Assembly: GCA_965218795.1 (NCBI GenBank) | Contig: OZ244653.1 | Coordinates: forward strand, 2,720,001 to 2,784,000 | Direction: 5' to 3' | Length of the DNA stretch: 64,000 bases | Origin: a bacterium | GTDB taxonomy: Bacteria; UBA8248; JACPRG01; G963555815 | In this document: positions 40,081-51,231 of the stretch, piece after piece | How the letters are laid out: each line of letters starts with the position of its first letter | How positions within the stretch are numbered: the first letter of the stretch is position 1 | Notes under the pieces: generated by a model | What the model saw: only the letters and a program-made list of their open reading frames with translations | Told to the model about the DNA's origin: nothing | Database searches by the model: none | Made by a program: the position numbers and the translations under genes

Positions 40081-40360
40081 CCCGGTTCGCCTCGAGAATG
40101 GAGCCGGGGAAAGAGAGGCCCGCCAGCGCCTCCAGAAAGGCTTCGTCGGAAATGTCGTTCCAGTACTGGGAAAACCGAAGGAGATACGGGTTCACGCCCA
40201 ACAGCCACAAGGCGCGGATGTCCGCTTTCTTGAGCGCCGCAATTTCTTCTTCTGTGAGGTCATATTCGCCGAGATACGCTTCGGGGTCGGCGCGATACCG
40301 GTCCCGCAGCCGGGGAAACTGAAGGTCGTAGACGATCCGGTTCAAGGCGGTCAGGGACAT
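40073..40360 (-). CDS. Extradiol dioxygenase alpha subunit (LigA family)
   Basis: YRADPEAYLGEYDLTEEEIAAL..D..L..LGVNPYLL; overlaps the LigB-like gene. Confidence 0.8.
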   Translation of the reverse strand: MSLTALNRIVYDLQFPRLRDRYRADPEAYLGEYDLTEEEIAALKKADIRALWLLGVNPYLLRFSQYWNDISDEAFLEALAGLSFPGSILEANRDG

Positions 40361-41002
40361 GGTCCATCCGCAAGGCGATTGAGATTCTTTCCTTTGCAGG
40401 GGTTGCATGGAGAATTCGGCCCGCGCCGGCCGCCGAATTCTCCTAATGCCATCCTACCACATTCCACCCGAGCCGCATCGAACGCCGGACGGAACGGAAG
40501 AGCGCCTTCGGCCGCCGCCGGCATCGAGCATGGCCGATGCACGCCCCTTGCTCTCCCTCCCCCCTGGAGGGGGAGGGTTTTTCGGGGGGCGTCTGTCTCA
40601 TCACCGACACGCCCACTGGCCTGCACTATGTTGGCTCGGCCTATGACGATTCAGGGGTCTTTTTCATGGGTGATTTTCGTGCCACTTCCCCCGGATTTTC
40701 CGGCCCATCCGCAACTGTTTTCGCTCGGCTGCACTGTGAATTCACGATCGAAACGGACTGCTCCCCCTCCGGGCCCGGAAGCCTCTGTTCCATAGAGCCC
40801 TTTTCATAGGCGGTTCCGGTACCCGGACCCGGGTCGTGGAGTCCGTCTTGACGCCGGATGTCGAACCGCTTGGGTTGCGTTATAATCCAGAGTCGGTTTC
40901 CTGTCCGGGTTGATCGGTGTGAATCCCAACAGTCTCGGATCACGGAGTCCGAATTCGGACCGTGATGGTTCGGTCGATTTCGTTTGTTTCAGGGGGGAGC
41001 GC

Positions 41003-41209
41003 GTGAATCGCACAACGGAGCAGTTGGCCGGGGAGATTCTGGCCTTTCTGGAAGAGGGCCCGGCGCATTTTGAGGACATCCTGAATCGGTTTCAGGATGT
41101 GAAATATCGGGACATGTTGCGCGCCTGGGGAATCCTTCGAAGAGACGACCGGCTCGGCAGGGAGGTTGAGACGGGAAAGTATGTGCCGAAGGCGATGAAA
41201 TCCCAATAA
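41003..41209 (+). CDS. Small hypothetical protein
   Basis: GGAG RBS plus GTG; amphipathic helices; upstream of the SDR array. Confidence 0.5.
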   Translation: MNRTTEQLAGEILAFLEEGPAHFEDILNRFQDVKYRDMLRAWGILRRDDRLGREVETGKYVPKAMKSQ

Positions 41210-41290
41210 ATTTTTCGGGCCGATTTTCCTCGCCCCGTACTAGCCGTCCCGTGGGAAACGAGAGAGTCATCGAGAAGGCAGGAGGGAAAG

Positions 41291-42052
41291 GTGCTGCTCG
41301 AAAACAAAGTCATTGTCATCACCGGTTCCGCCAGGGGCATTGGCAAAGTGCTCGCCAGGGGAGTCGCCGCGCAAGGGGCCAAGGTCGTGGTGTCGGATGT
41401 CCTCGACGGCGAATCGGCTGCCGAGGAGATTCGAAATGCCGGGGGAGACGCAATGTTCGTCGGGGCGGATGTTTCCAACCGCCGGGAAACCGAGGCCCTT
41501 GCGAAGGCGACCCGCGACGCGTACGGCCGGATCGACGGATTGGTCAACAACGCCGCTGTTCATTCGGAGCTGAAATACATTCCCTTCGATCGGATTGAAG
41601 AGGAGGAATGGGACAGGGTCTTCGCCGTCAACGTCAAGGGCGCCTGGCTGATGACGAGGGCCGTCTATCCATTCATGAAGGAGCAGGGCGCCGGAAAGAT
41701 TGTGAACATCGGCTCGGGCACGCCGTTTAAGGGGATGCCCAAGATGTACCACTACGTCGTATCGAAAGGCGCGGTCATGACGTTGACCCGCGTCATGGCC
41801 CGGACGCTGGGTCAGGACGGCATCTGCGTGAACTGTGTCTCGCCGAGCCTGACGCGAAGCGACAGCGTAGTGGCCTTCCGCGGAGAAGAACGGATGCGGG
41901 AAGAGGAGGCGGCGCTCATCCCGACCCGTGCGATTCCACGCAGCGAGGTTCCCGAAGATCTGATCGGCGCCGTGGTCTTCTTTCTGTCCGACGGCGCCAG
42001 CTTCATCACCGGTCAGAACCTTCCGGTCAACGGCGGGGACCATATGCTCTGA
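41291..42052 (+). CDS. Short-chain dehydrogenase/reductase 1
   Basis: TGSARGIG, NNA, YVVSK, ITGQ. Confidence 0.93.
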   Translation: MLLENKVIVITGSARGIGKVLARGVAAQGAKVVVSDVLDGESAAEEIRNAGGDAMFVGADVSNRRETEALAKATRDAYGRIDGLVNNAAVHSELKYIPFDRIEEEEWDRVFAVNVKGAWLMTRAVYPFMKEQGAGKIVNIGSGTPFKGMPKMYHYVVSKGAVMTLTRVMARTLGQDGICVNCVSPSLTRSDSVVAFRGEERMREEEAALIPTRAIPRSEVPEDLIGAVVFFLSDGASFITGQNLPVNGGDHML

Positions 42053-42125
42053 TGCGCTGTTGCCGCAAGGGCGAGGTTCCGTGACCCTGCGCCCTCCCGC
42101 GAAGTCGGTATGAAGAGAGGATCCC

Positions 42126-42908
42126 ATGCTCTTGCAAGACAAGGTCGTCGTCGTGACGGGCGGCGCGCGGGGAATTGGCAAGGTCTACGCGGAAGGCATC
42201 GCGGCTGAAGGCGCCAAAGTCGTCGTTTCCGACATCCGCGATGGGGAGGAGACGGCCGAGGGGATCCGGGCCGCCGGCGGAGACGCCGTCTTTGTTCAGT
42301 GCGACGTCTCTCGCGGTGAAAGCTGCGATACCCTTGCCCGCGCCGCGCAGGATCGATACGGCCGCATCGATGGTCTGGTCAACAATGCGGCGCTGTACGC
42401 GGACCTGAAATACGTCCCATTCGACCAGATCGAGGAAGAGGAGTGGGACCGCGTCTTTGCCGTCAACGTCAAGGGGGTCTGGCTGATGACCAGGGCCGTA
42501 TACCCCTGTATGCGGGCCGAGGGATCGGGTGGAAACCTCGGAGGAGGCCCGAGGAAGATCGTCAACATTGCCTCGGGAACGCCTTTCAAGGGCACTCCCA
42601 AGACCCCCCATTATGTCGTCTCGAAGGGGGCGGTCGTGACCCTGACCCGCGTGATGGCCCGGACCTTGGGACCGGAGGGGATTAACGTCAATTGCGTTGC
42701 CCCGGGTCTGACGCTGAGCGAAAGCATCATGGAAACCCGGGCTGACATGATCGAGGAAGAAGATGCCAGGCAAATTCTGACCCGGGCTATTCCGCGAAGC
42801 CAGGTTCCTGAAGATCTCGTGGGAGCCATCGTCTTCTTTCTCTCGGAAGGGGCGGATTTCATCACCGGGCAGACGCTGCCCGTGGACGGCGGCTCCCATA
42901 TGAACTGA
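42126..42908 (+). CDS. Short-chain dehydrogenase/reductase 2
   Basis: TGGARGIG, NNA, YVVSK. Confidence 0.93.
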   Translation: MLLQDKVVVVTGGARGIGKVYAEGIAAEGAKVVVSDIRDGEETAEGIRAAGGDAVFVQCDVSRGESCDTLARAAQDRYGRIDGLVNNAALYADLKYVPFDQIEEEEWDRVFAVNVKGVWLMTRAVYPCMRAEGSGGNLGGGPRKIVNIASGTPFKGTPKTPHYVVSKGAVVTLTRVMARTLGPEGINVNCVAPGLTLSESIMETRADMIEEEDARQILTRAIPRSQVPEDLVGAIVFFLSEGADFITGQTLPVDGGSHMN

Positions 42909-42990
42909 GGGCGGCTCCGGGAAGGGTTTCCCCCCCCTCGGCGGGCGGCAAAAAAGCGTGCAGCCCCATGTTGCTGAAGAATAAGACCAT

Positions 42991-45333
42991 CTAGAACCGG
43001 ATTCCGAGATTGAGGAGGCCGGCGTATTCCTGATCATCCGAACCCGGGCCGCCCGCTGTCGCCTCGCCGCTGAGCGCGAAGCGGCCCCAGCGATAGACCC
43101 CGCCCAGACCCAGCAGAACCCGGGTTGTCCTTGGTTCCCGACCTGAGCCGCTCTCCCGATACCTCAACGGCCGTTACCCCGCCCCTGAGCGTCTGCTCGA
43201 CATCCACCGAACCCCGAAGGGAGAGCCTGCGCGCCCCGCCGTCCCAGACGCGAGCGGTCTCCGCCCTTGAGTTGCTTCGCATCGGTGAGCTTGACCCGCG
43301 AGTTCACCGCGTCGGTGAACTTGTCCATGGAAATCCCGGAGCGGCTCACCCACACCCGAGGCGTCAGGCTCATTCTCTCGCCCAGCGCGATGCGCCGACC
43401 CGTCTCCAGGCTCAGGGAGTGACCGACCGCGCTCGCGTCCCCCATCAGCCGGCCCCGCCTGTCCGTGGAGATATCCACCTTGTAGCCGGTCACCGAGAGG
43501 CGGCCATCGACATAATAGCCGCTCGCGCCGCCCCAGGACACGCCCAACCCCGCGCCGAAGCCCTTCGCGTCGATATCCCCGCCCCCGACCGGTGATTCGA
43601 CGTCCGCCGAAGCCTGAACATGCCGCACCGAGATCGAGCCGGTGATGTCCTTGTTCCAGGGAAACGCGACGTCCACCCCGGCTTCCGCCGTGAGGCGCTT
43701 GAAGTCGTACGCCGCGCCCACGGTCGAGCGGTCGGGATCATGCGTTCCCCCCCCGCCCGAAAGCCTCACCCACACCGGCGAGTCCGGAGACCGCAGACGC
43801 TCCCCAGACGCTCCCCGGCCGGACCCCGGCCGTTCAGCCGAAGCAGGAATCCGGGAAGCCCCTCGTAGACGGCCGCGCGCGGCGCATACGCCTCGATGAA
43901 CTGGAGGCGCCCCTCCCTGGCGAGCACGCTGACGTCCCGTGCCCCGTTCGGGGCCGTGAGGCCGGTGGCGCCCGTCGCGCCGTCGTGCAGCTTCACGTTG
44001 TTGACCACGATCGTGGTCTCGCCGGCGTCGTTGCGAATCTCGCCATCGATGACGCGCGCTATCCTGCGGGCGCCGAGATTCGCCGAGACGTGGAGTTTGG
44101 GCGGATTCCCCGCCGCGCGGATCGCCACCCCGGAAGGCGCGCCGACGCTCCCCTTCGGCCCGATGACGACCTTGCCGCCGCCCGCGAGCCAGACCCCCGC
44201 CCCCTCGCCGGAGCCGCCCATCACCCGGCCGTTCACCGTGACCGTCTGCCGGCGGTAGCCGTCCTCGCCCATCCCGGCGGCGCGCACCACTTCTCCTTGG
44301 GTGTTGAGGGCGCCTATCCGGACGCCGCTCGCGTTCTCCCCGTCGGCGCTGACCGTTCCCCCACCCACGACGATGCTGATTTCTCCCATACCAGAATCAT
44401 GCCCGGCGTAAATGCCGTGGGAACCATCGCCTTCGGTGCTGATCTCGCCGTCCATCATGACGATTGTGATGTCGCCTTTGCCTTTGATGACGTTGCCGTC
44501 AGGGTCGGTGAGGGGGTTGAAGTCAGCATCGGTAGGGTTGCTATGCCGACTATAGATGCCGTAGGAATTCACCCCCCTCGTCGTGATACGGACGCCCCGA
44601 ACGCCGATGTCGATATCGCCTTCGGAGCCTCGATGATCACCGTTGATGCCGTGGGAGAAGGTGCTGCCGTAGGTGGGATCGATGTCCGTGCTTTCCGTTG
44701 TGATGGTTCCGCCTCGAACGTCGATGGTGATGTCGCCGGAGTTTTGACGAAGGCCATCGACGCCGTGGGACAGGACGCCCTTCGTCGTGATGGAGCCGCC
44801 TTGAACGCCGATGTTGACGTCGCTGTTGTCTCTACTATGGAAGCCGACTCTGACTCTACTATGCCAGCCGAAGACGGCGCTGGTATTAGCGCCCGTTGAC
44901 GTGAGGTCGGCGTCTCGAACGGCGATGTCGATGTTGCCGCCGCCGTCATGCAAGGCATAGACGCTGCTGGAGCCATCCGTCGTGACGCTGCCGCCTTGAA
45001 TGTTGATGTTGACGTCGCCGTCGCCTTGACGCTGGGCAGAGACGCCAACGGCGCCATTGCCGTCCGTCGTGACCGTGACGTTTTGAACGTCGATGTTGAC
45101 TGATGCCGTCCATAGATGCCGTGGGCAGCACTGTCCGTCGTCGTGATGGTGAGATCCTGAACGTCGATGTCGATGTCAGCCGTGGAACCGGCGGACTCCT
45201 CGCACTCGATCCGCTGTCCGGTCTCGGGCGTGTTGCTGCATACGGCCGTCTGAGCCTGCGCCTCTCCGACACTGAGAGCGAACGCCGCGGCCAGCATCAG
45301 GGCGATGGCGCCCATCCGCGCCCGCGCGCTCAC
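42991..45333 (-). pseudogene. Autotransporter with repetitive passenger, several frameshifts
   Basis: Signal peptide (GEAQAQ); IDIDVxxxxITTxGxxxHGIY repeats; YAPRAAVYEGLP linker; barrel fragments ending YAGLLNLGIRF-TAG at 42991. Confidence 0.8.
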
Positions 45334-45629
45334 GCCCCGCCTCTTACTCTAGGAGTCTGGAGTCTGGACCGTACCACATTCATGAAATGCAAACAAGACT
45401 GGGACGCAGGAGCAATCATTTGGAATCCTCACCCGTGAATTCTGCCTGAATTGTCATACCTAACCTTTACTCCTTTACTCCTTTACTGCCAGCACTCTAC
45501 CCTAAATATTCTCTCTAATATTCTACCCTCATTCCTGTCCAGTGGACTAAGGTACGCCTCATTGTCGGCGCGACAGCGATGAACCCTTCGGTTGAAACAC
45601 CTGAACATGTGGATTAGATTCTTCTATGA

Positions 45630-46007
<378 letters not shown>

Positions 46008-46064
46008 ATCGGACGGAATGAGGAGCATCCGTCCCGCGGTTTCAGGTGATCCGGAGGATGAGAC

Positions 46065-46826
46065 ATGCAGCTGAGAGACAAGGTCGTGATCGTTACGGGA
46101 TCGGCCCGCGGAATCGGGAAGGTGTACTCCAAAGCCATTGCCGCGGAAGGCGGCAAGGTCGTCGTATCCGATATCCTCGACGGTGAAGGCGCGGTCGAAG
46201 AAATCCGCGGTGCGGGCGGAGAGGCGATCTATGTTCAGGCGGATGTGACGGACGAGGCAAGCGTTGAGCATCTCGCGGGAGCCGCCAAAGCGGAGTTCGG
46301 ACGCATCGACGGGCTGGTCAACAACGCCGCCTTGTTCGCCGACATGCGCTATGCGACCTTCGATCAGGTCACGGTCGAGGAGTGGGACCGAATGATGGCG
46401 GTCAACGTCAAAGGCGTTTGGCTGACTTCCCGGGCCGTATACCCGCATATGAAAGGGCAGGGCTCCGGAAAAATCATCAACATCACGTCCGGCGTTCCGT
46501 TTAAGGGAACCCCGGTTTTCGCGCATTACACGGTGTCGAAAGGGGCCGTCATTACGCTGACCCGGGTGTTGGCGAGATCGATGGGGAAGGACGGCATCTG
46601 CGTCAACGCGGTCGGGCCGGGGTTGACCCGCAGCGAGAGCCTGGCCGCCGCCCGGGGCGACGAGCTCATGGATGCCGACGAAAAGCTCCAGGTCGCCAGC
46701 CGCGCCATTCCACGCGGTCAGGTGCCCGAGGATATCATCGGCGCCATCGTGTTTTTCCTCTCGGACGGAGCGGATTTCATTACCGGCCAGACCCTGGTGG
46801 TCGACGGCGGGTCACATATGAACTGA
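46065..46826 (+). CDS. Short-chain dehydrogenase/reductase 3
   Basis: TGSARGIG, NNA, YTVSK. Confidence 0.93.
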   Translation: MQLRDKVVIVTGSARGIGKVYSKAIAAEGGKVVVSDILDGEGAVEEIRGAGGEAIYVQADVTDEASVEHLAGAAKAEFGRIDGLVNNAALFADMRYATFDQVTVEEWDRMMAVNVKGVWLTSRAVYPHMKGQGSGKIINITSGVPFKGTPVFAHYTVSKGAVITLTRVLARSMGKDGICVNAVGPGLTRSESLAAARGDELMDADEKLQVASRAIPRGQVPEDIIGAIVFFLSDGADFITGQTLVVDGGSHMN

Positions 46827-46969
46827 TTCGGAAGGCCTGTTTCGAAAGCGGAAGAACCTTCGAATCGGCAGGTCCGAAGCTGAAGCTGAAACGTCATGTT
46901 CGCCGGTCGGGGCGCAAGACCTCGCGTCCCCGCGGGCAGTTCTCCTGTCGCGAACGGAGGAATGGATCG

Positions 46970-48370
46970 ATGAACTCAAATATCGGCTCGAATGGCGCGG
47001 GCGCGAACCTCAACGGTCGGATCCCCTACCGGGATATGCGGGGCCTCCTTGATCACCTGGAGGAAAACGGGGAGCTCCTTCGAATCTCCAAGCCCGTCCC
47101 GCCCAAGTATCTCCATACCCTTCTGGCCAAGTCGGATCAGGCCGTCCTGTTCGAAAACGTTCAGGACTATGACATCCCGGTCGTCGGAGGGCTGATCGGG
47201 TCCAGACGCCGCCTGGCTCTGGGTCTGGCGAGTGACGAGAAAGTGCTGGGGCGGAGCTTCATGGAAGCTCTGGAGAATCCGCTTCCGGCCGAGGTCACAT
47301 CCGACGGCCCGGTCAAAGAGGTCGTGAAGGTTGGGGATGAGGTGGATCTCACGGACATTCCCATCCCTTTCCAGCACCGCAAAGACGGCGGGCCTTATAT
47401 CTCGGCCGGAATCGCCGTATCCAAAGACGAGGAAGGCCGCCGGAACGTCGGATGCTACCGCCTGATGTACCGGACGCCGAACGAGACCGGGATTGACCTC
47501 GTGTCGCCGTCGGACATGCGGTTCACCTACCAGCGGGCCCTGGACCGGGGCGAATCGCTGCCCATCGCCATCGCCCTCGGAACCGGTATCCCGGAGATCC
47601 TCTCGGCAGCCTACAAGGCCCCCCCGGGTTTCGATGAATTCGCGGTGGCGGGCGCGCTCTACGGGGAGCCGATCCAGCTCACCAAGTGCGCCACGGTCGA
47701 TCTGGAGGTGCCGGCTTCAGCGGAGATCGTTCTGGAAGGGGAAATCTCGGCGGACGGCTGGACCATCGACGAGGGACGGTACGGGGACTTCACCGGTCAT
47801 CAGTGCTCGATCCGGTGGAACCCGGTGTTCAAGGTCAAGGCCGTTACCCACAGGAAGAACCCCATCTTCCAGACCGTGTTCATGCCCTGGGAGAACGACT
47901 GGCTGGAGGCCCCGCCCATGGAGGCCGCGGGCTGGCGGGCGCTCCGCGAGGCCAGCGTCCAAACCACGGCCGTCTATTCCACGCCGGCGAGCTGCTGTTA
48001 TTGGCACTTGTTCGCTTCCATCAAAAAGCGGCCGGGCGAGGGAAAAAACGCGCTGCTTGCGCTGATGTCTCTCCATTCGGTCAAGCTCGTGATCGTGACG
48101 GACGATGACGTGGACATCACGAACTGGATGGAGCTGGAGCGGGCGATGGCCTTCCGTGTCCAGCCGGACGAAGACGTGGTCATCGTCTCAGGGGCCCGGG
48201 GCAAGCATTTGGACCCGACGCTGCGGGCCTCTCAATTGCCGAAGGGCGCGCTGCCCACGACGTCGAAGATGGGAATCGACGCCACCATCCCGGAAGGGAT
48301 CGATCGCTCGGAGTACGAGCTCTTGGAATACCCCTTCCTGGACGAGGTGAAACTCGAGGAATACTTGTAG
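46970..48370 (+). CDS. UbiD-family decarboxylase 2
   Basis: DGGPYIS, NVGCYR, AEIVLEG, EGRYGDFTGH, TDDDVDI, MGIDATIP. Confidence 0.92.
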   Translation: MNSNIGSNGAGANLNGRIPYRDMRGLLDHLEENGELLRISKPVPPKYLHTLLAKSDQAVLFENVQDYDIPVVGGLIGSRRRLALGLASDEKVLGRSFMEALENPLPAEVTSDGPVKEVVKVGDEVDLTDIPIPFQHRKDGGPYISAGIAVSKDEEGRRNVGCYRLMYRTPNETGIDLVSPSDMRFTYQRALDRGESLPIAIALGTGIPEILSAAYKAPPGFDEFAVAGALYGEPIQLTKCATVDLEVPASAEIVLEGEISADGWTIDEGRYGDFTGHQCSIRWNPVFKVKAVTHRKNPIFQTVFMPWENDWLEAPPMEAAGWRALREASVQTTAVYSTPASCCYWHLFASIKKRPGEGKNALLALMSLHSVKLVIVTDDDVDITNWMELERAMAFRVQPDEDVVIVSGARGKHLDPTLRASQLPKGALPTTSKMGIDATIPEGIDRSEYELLEYPFLDEVKLEEYL

Positions 48371-48532
48371 GCAGGTTGCGCCGGCTTCGTTGGATCCCGA
48401 GGGGGATCCACGCGTCAGTCGAAAGAGATGTTGATCGAGCGCAAGAAGTTTGACGCAATCGACGCCATTAACGCGGCCACGGCTGCGGCATCCGTGGAGA
48501 CGGCCGTTTCAAACATCGCTTGGCCGACACGC

Positions 48533-48853
48533 CTACGGAGTGACCGATGTCCTGTCTGTCGCGACCGCCAGCGCGCGTTTGGCAGCTTCTGGTTCCCGGC
48601 AGATGATCTTCAACAGCGCTTGCGCCGGGCCAGTGGGCACGCGCCGTCCCTGCTCCCAATCCTGGAGCGTACGAACGTCGATACCGAAGGTTTTGGCAAA
48701 CAGCCCCTGGCTCATATTGAGGCGCGATCGGATCACACGGACGTTGATTTCTTCGGGAAGGTGAACGCGATAGCTCCCTGGGTTGGCCTCGCCGCGCGCG
48801 ATCTCAAGCGCCTCCGTCGCCGCTTTGATGAGCTCTTCTCCGGCTTTGGTCAT
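48533..48853 (-). CDS. HTH (XRE) antitoxin, HigA-like
   Basis: IRSRLNMSQGLFAKTFGIDVRTLQDWEQGRRVPTGPAQALL. Confidence 0.88.
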   Translation of the reverse strand: MTKAGEELIKAATEALEIARGEANPGSYRVHLPEEINVRVIRSRLNMSQGLFAKTFGIDVRTLQDWEQGRRVPTGPAQALLKIICREPEAAKRALAVATDRTSVTP

Positions 48854-49198
48854 GGGGCGTGGTCCTCCTTCGATATTCATCGGCCAGTGTGCCCAGCACG
48901 GTCCGCAAAACATGGACTTCCGATTTCGTCAGGTTTGCCTTGTCGCCCTTGGCGAAGCTCGACAGCAGAAACACGGGAATGTCCGTGCCGCCGTAAAATG
49001 TCATCACCCGGTAACCGCCGCTCTTGCCTTTCCCTGAAGCGGCGAACCGAACCTTGCGAGCACCGCCCGATCCCTGTATCAGACCACCGGCATCGGCGTG
49101 GGCGGCAACAAAGTGAATCATGGTCTTGCGCTCGTCATCGCTCACGCGGTATCGACGGCATTTACTGAGAAAATCGGTGTTTCGATGACTGTGTGCAT
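48804..49198 (-). pseudogene. RelE/HigB-like toxin, frameshift near 49172
   Basis: MHTVIETP from ATG 49198 is out of frame with GSGGARKVRF..GKGKSGGYRV..FAKGDKANL. Confidence 0.75.
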
Positions 49199-49206
49199 GC
49201 CCTGAA

Positions 49207-49235
49207 TATATACGGCAATGCCGTAGTCATGTCAA
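49207..49235 (-). promoter_or_regulatory. Sigma70 promoter with embedded operator palindrome for the TA operon
   Basis: TTGACA-17 bp-TATATA; TACGGCA-a-TGCCGTA at 49211-49225. Confidence 0.7.
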
Positions 49236-49427
49236 GTCGTTTGTGGGCTGTCGGGCGAAACTGTAAATTGACGATGTCAACTGAGCGTTGATATTGGCAA
49301 CGCAGCGTATTTTCCGAGTTTTCTTGATTTTCAGCAAAAGTTTTCGTGCACCCGACCAAGAAGTCATCCCGAGAGGGGACGACAGACCCCTCCGGGGGAT
49401 TCCGTTCAGGCAAAGGGAGCGGCCGAT

Positions 49428-50243
49428 TTACGGATTCTCAATCGGGAGATCTTCCCGCTCTCCCCACTCGGCCCAGGAAGAAACGTAATTCCGGACCTTT
49501 TCGTACCCCAAAAGGCGAAGGGCGAGGTAGGTATGCGCCGATCGGTAGCCGCCCTGGCAGTAGGCTGATACTTCCTTGTCGGGCGTGACGCCGCTTCCCG
49601 CATAGAGGGCCGTCAGGTCGTCGGCATTTTTGTAGGCGCCGTCCTCGACGCTGTTTTTCCACTCGATGTGAACGGCCCCGGGGACGGCCCCGCCGCGCTT
49701 GGCCCGGACTTCCTTTCCGTGATACTCCCCGTCGGTTCGCGTATCCACGATAACGCAGCCATCGTCTTCCAGCGTCTTCCGGATCGTCTCTGCCGTGGCG
49801 AGGCGTTCGGAGACGGGCCGGGCCTTGAAGCTCGCGCCTTCCGGCTTGACCGGGTCCCGGCTGACCGGATGGGCGGCCATCTCCCATGCGTCAAACCCGC
49901 CGTCCAGGACGTGGACGGCCTCATGCCCGAAATACTCGAGGAACCAGAACGCCCGCGCCGCCCGGACGCCCGTTTGCTCGTCGTAGACCACGACCGTCTT
50001 GTCGTGATCGACCCCTCGGTTCCCGAACAGCCCTTCCATCATCCAGAAGAATGAGTCCAGGGATTCGGGGCCGGTGTGGCGGACGCTGAGGCCGAACAAA
50101 TCGAGGTGCACGGCCCCCGGGATGTGCCCTGCGACGTAATCCTGGGTCGTCCGGGTGTCGATGACGAGAGGCGGACCGGCGTCCAGCGCCTGGCGTAATT
50201 TCTCGGGGGTCCAGAGCAGGTCGGGGTTCTTGTAGCCGCGCAT
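49428..50243 (-). CDS. Sulfurtransferase (tandem rhodanese, SseA/CysA-like)
   Basis: GHIPGA, VLDGG, YCQGGYRSA, NYVSSWAEW. Confidence 0.92.
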   Translation of the reverse strand: MRGYKNPDLLWTPEKLRQALDAGPPLVIDTRTTQDYVAGHIPGAVHLDLFGLSVRHTGPESLDSFFWMMEGLFGNRGVDHDKTVVVYDEQTGVRAARAFWFLEYFGHEAVHVLDGGFDAWEMAAHPVSRDPVKPEGASFKARPVSERLATAETIRKTLEDDGCVIVDTRTDGEYHGKEVRAKRGGAVPGAVHIEWKNSVEDGAYKNADDLTALYAGSGVTPDKEVSAYCQGGYRSAHTYLALRLLGYEKVRNYVSSWAEWGEREDLPIENP

Positions 50244-50409
50244 GTTTTTCTCCCTTCACAGCCGGGTTGGCGATGCCCCCGGTCTTTCCTGGAAGGCCTG
50301 GAATATTTCGGGTGTGAAATTGTCGGGGCGCTGGATGCCGAGCCCCAACGGTCTTCGCTTGCGTCTCTCACCCGCGCTGAGGGACACCCGGAACAGAATC
50401 TCAAACCCA

Positions 50410-51036
50410 TTACGGCCGGTAGTGAATGACCCGCATGGGCTTCAGCGCGCCCGCGTTGCAGGGATTCCTTTCCTGGGGGCAATTGGACATGGCCGCCAGA
50501 ACGTCCATGTCCGCCAGGAAGTCGATGTAGTCGCCCGCTTTGGATTTGGGCTTCTGGATGCTGAACCTGCCGTCCGGTTCAACGGGGCAGTTCATGAAGA
50601 CGTTCATGTTGTAGGGGACGTCTTTCCAGCCGAGGCCCCAGGGCTTGACGGCCGCGGCAAAGTTGTCCCGGCAGTTCGGGGTATCCTTGACGCCGTAGCG
50701 GTATTCGTTGGTGAAGCGGGAGCAAGCCCCCGCAATCATGTCGTGAACGCCGCACGTGTCTTCGATGATGGTCATCAGCTTTCCGGCCTCATCAGAGAAC
50801 AGGGTATAGCCGACCGTTGGATAGATGTGTCCGTTGAGGTTGATCGTGTTTTCGGGCGAGAGCCTTTCCTCCAGCCGGTTCAGGTTGAAGGCGAGGAAAT
50901 CCGCAACCTGCTGGCCTTCGATGTCGATGAGGCGGAGGACTTCCCCGGCCCGAATCTCCCCGGCGTAATGCCCGCGGGGGTCGATGATCTTGTCTTCGAG
51001 GACTTCACCCGTCACTTTTTCCGCGTCCGTTGTCAT
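50410..51036 (-). CDS. Urea carboxylase-associated DUF1989 protein
   Basis: DIEGQQVAD, DTCGVHDMIAGAC, NCRDN, NVFMN, SNCPQ. Confidence 0.88.
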   Translation of the reverse strand: MTTDAEKVTGEVLEDKIIDPRGHYAGEIRAGEVLRLIDIEGQQVADFLAFNLNRLEERLSPENTINLNGHIYPTVGYTLFSDEAGKLMTIIEDTCGVHDMIAGACSRFTNEYRYGVKDTPNCRDNFAAAVKPWGLGWKDVPYNMNVFMNCPVEPDGRFSIQKPKSKAGDYIDFLADMDVLAAMSNCPQERNPCNAGALKPMRVIHYRP

Positions 51037-51231
51037 GGCGGATTTCTCCAATGGTTCGCCTGCATGGATATCGAATCGGGATACGTGGTCATTCTAGAGG
51101 GCGTTCCGGCCCGGATCAACCGCCGCTGTCTCCGTGGCCCTTGCCGGTTTGTGCTTGTATCCCTGCGAGGAGTTCACCTGGACTTGGGACGGCGGTTTCC
51201 CGAAAGAACAGTAATGATATATTCGATGAAG

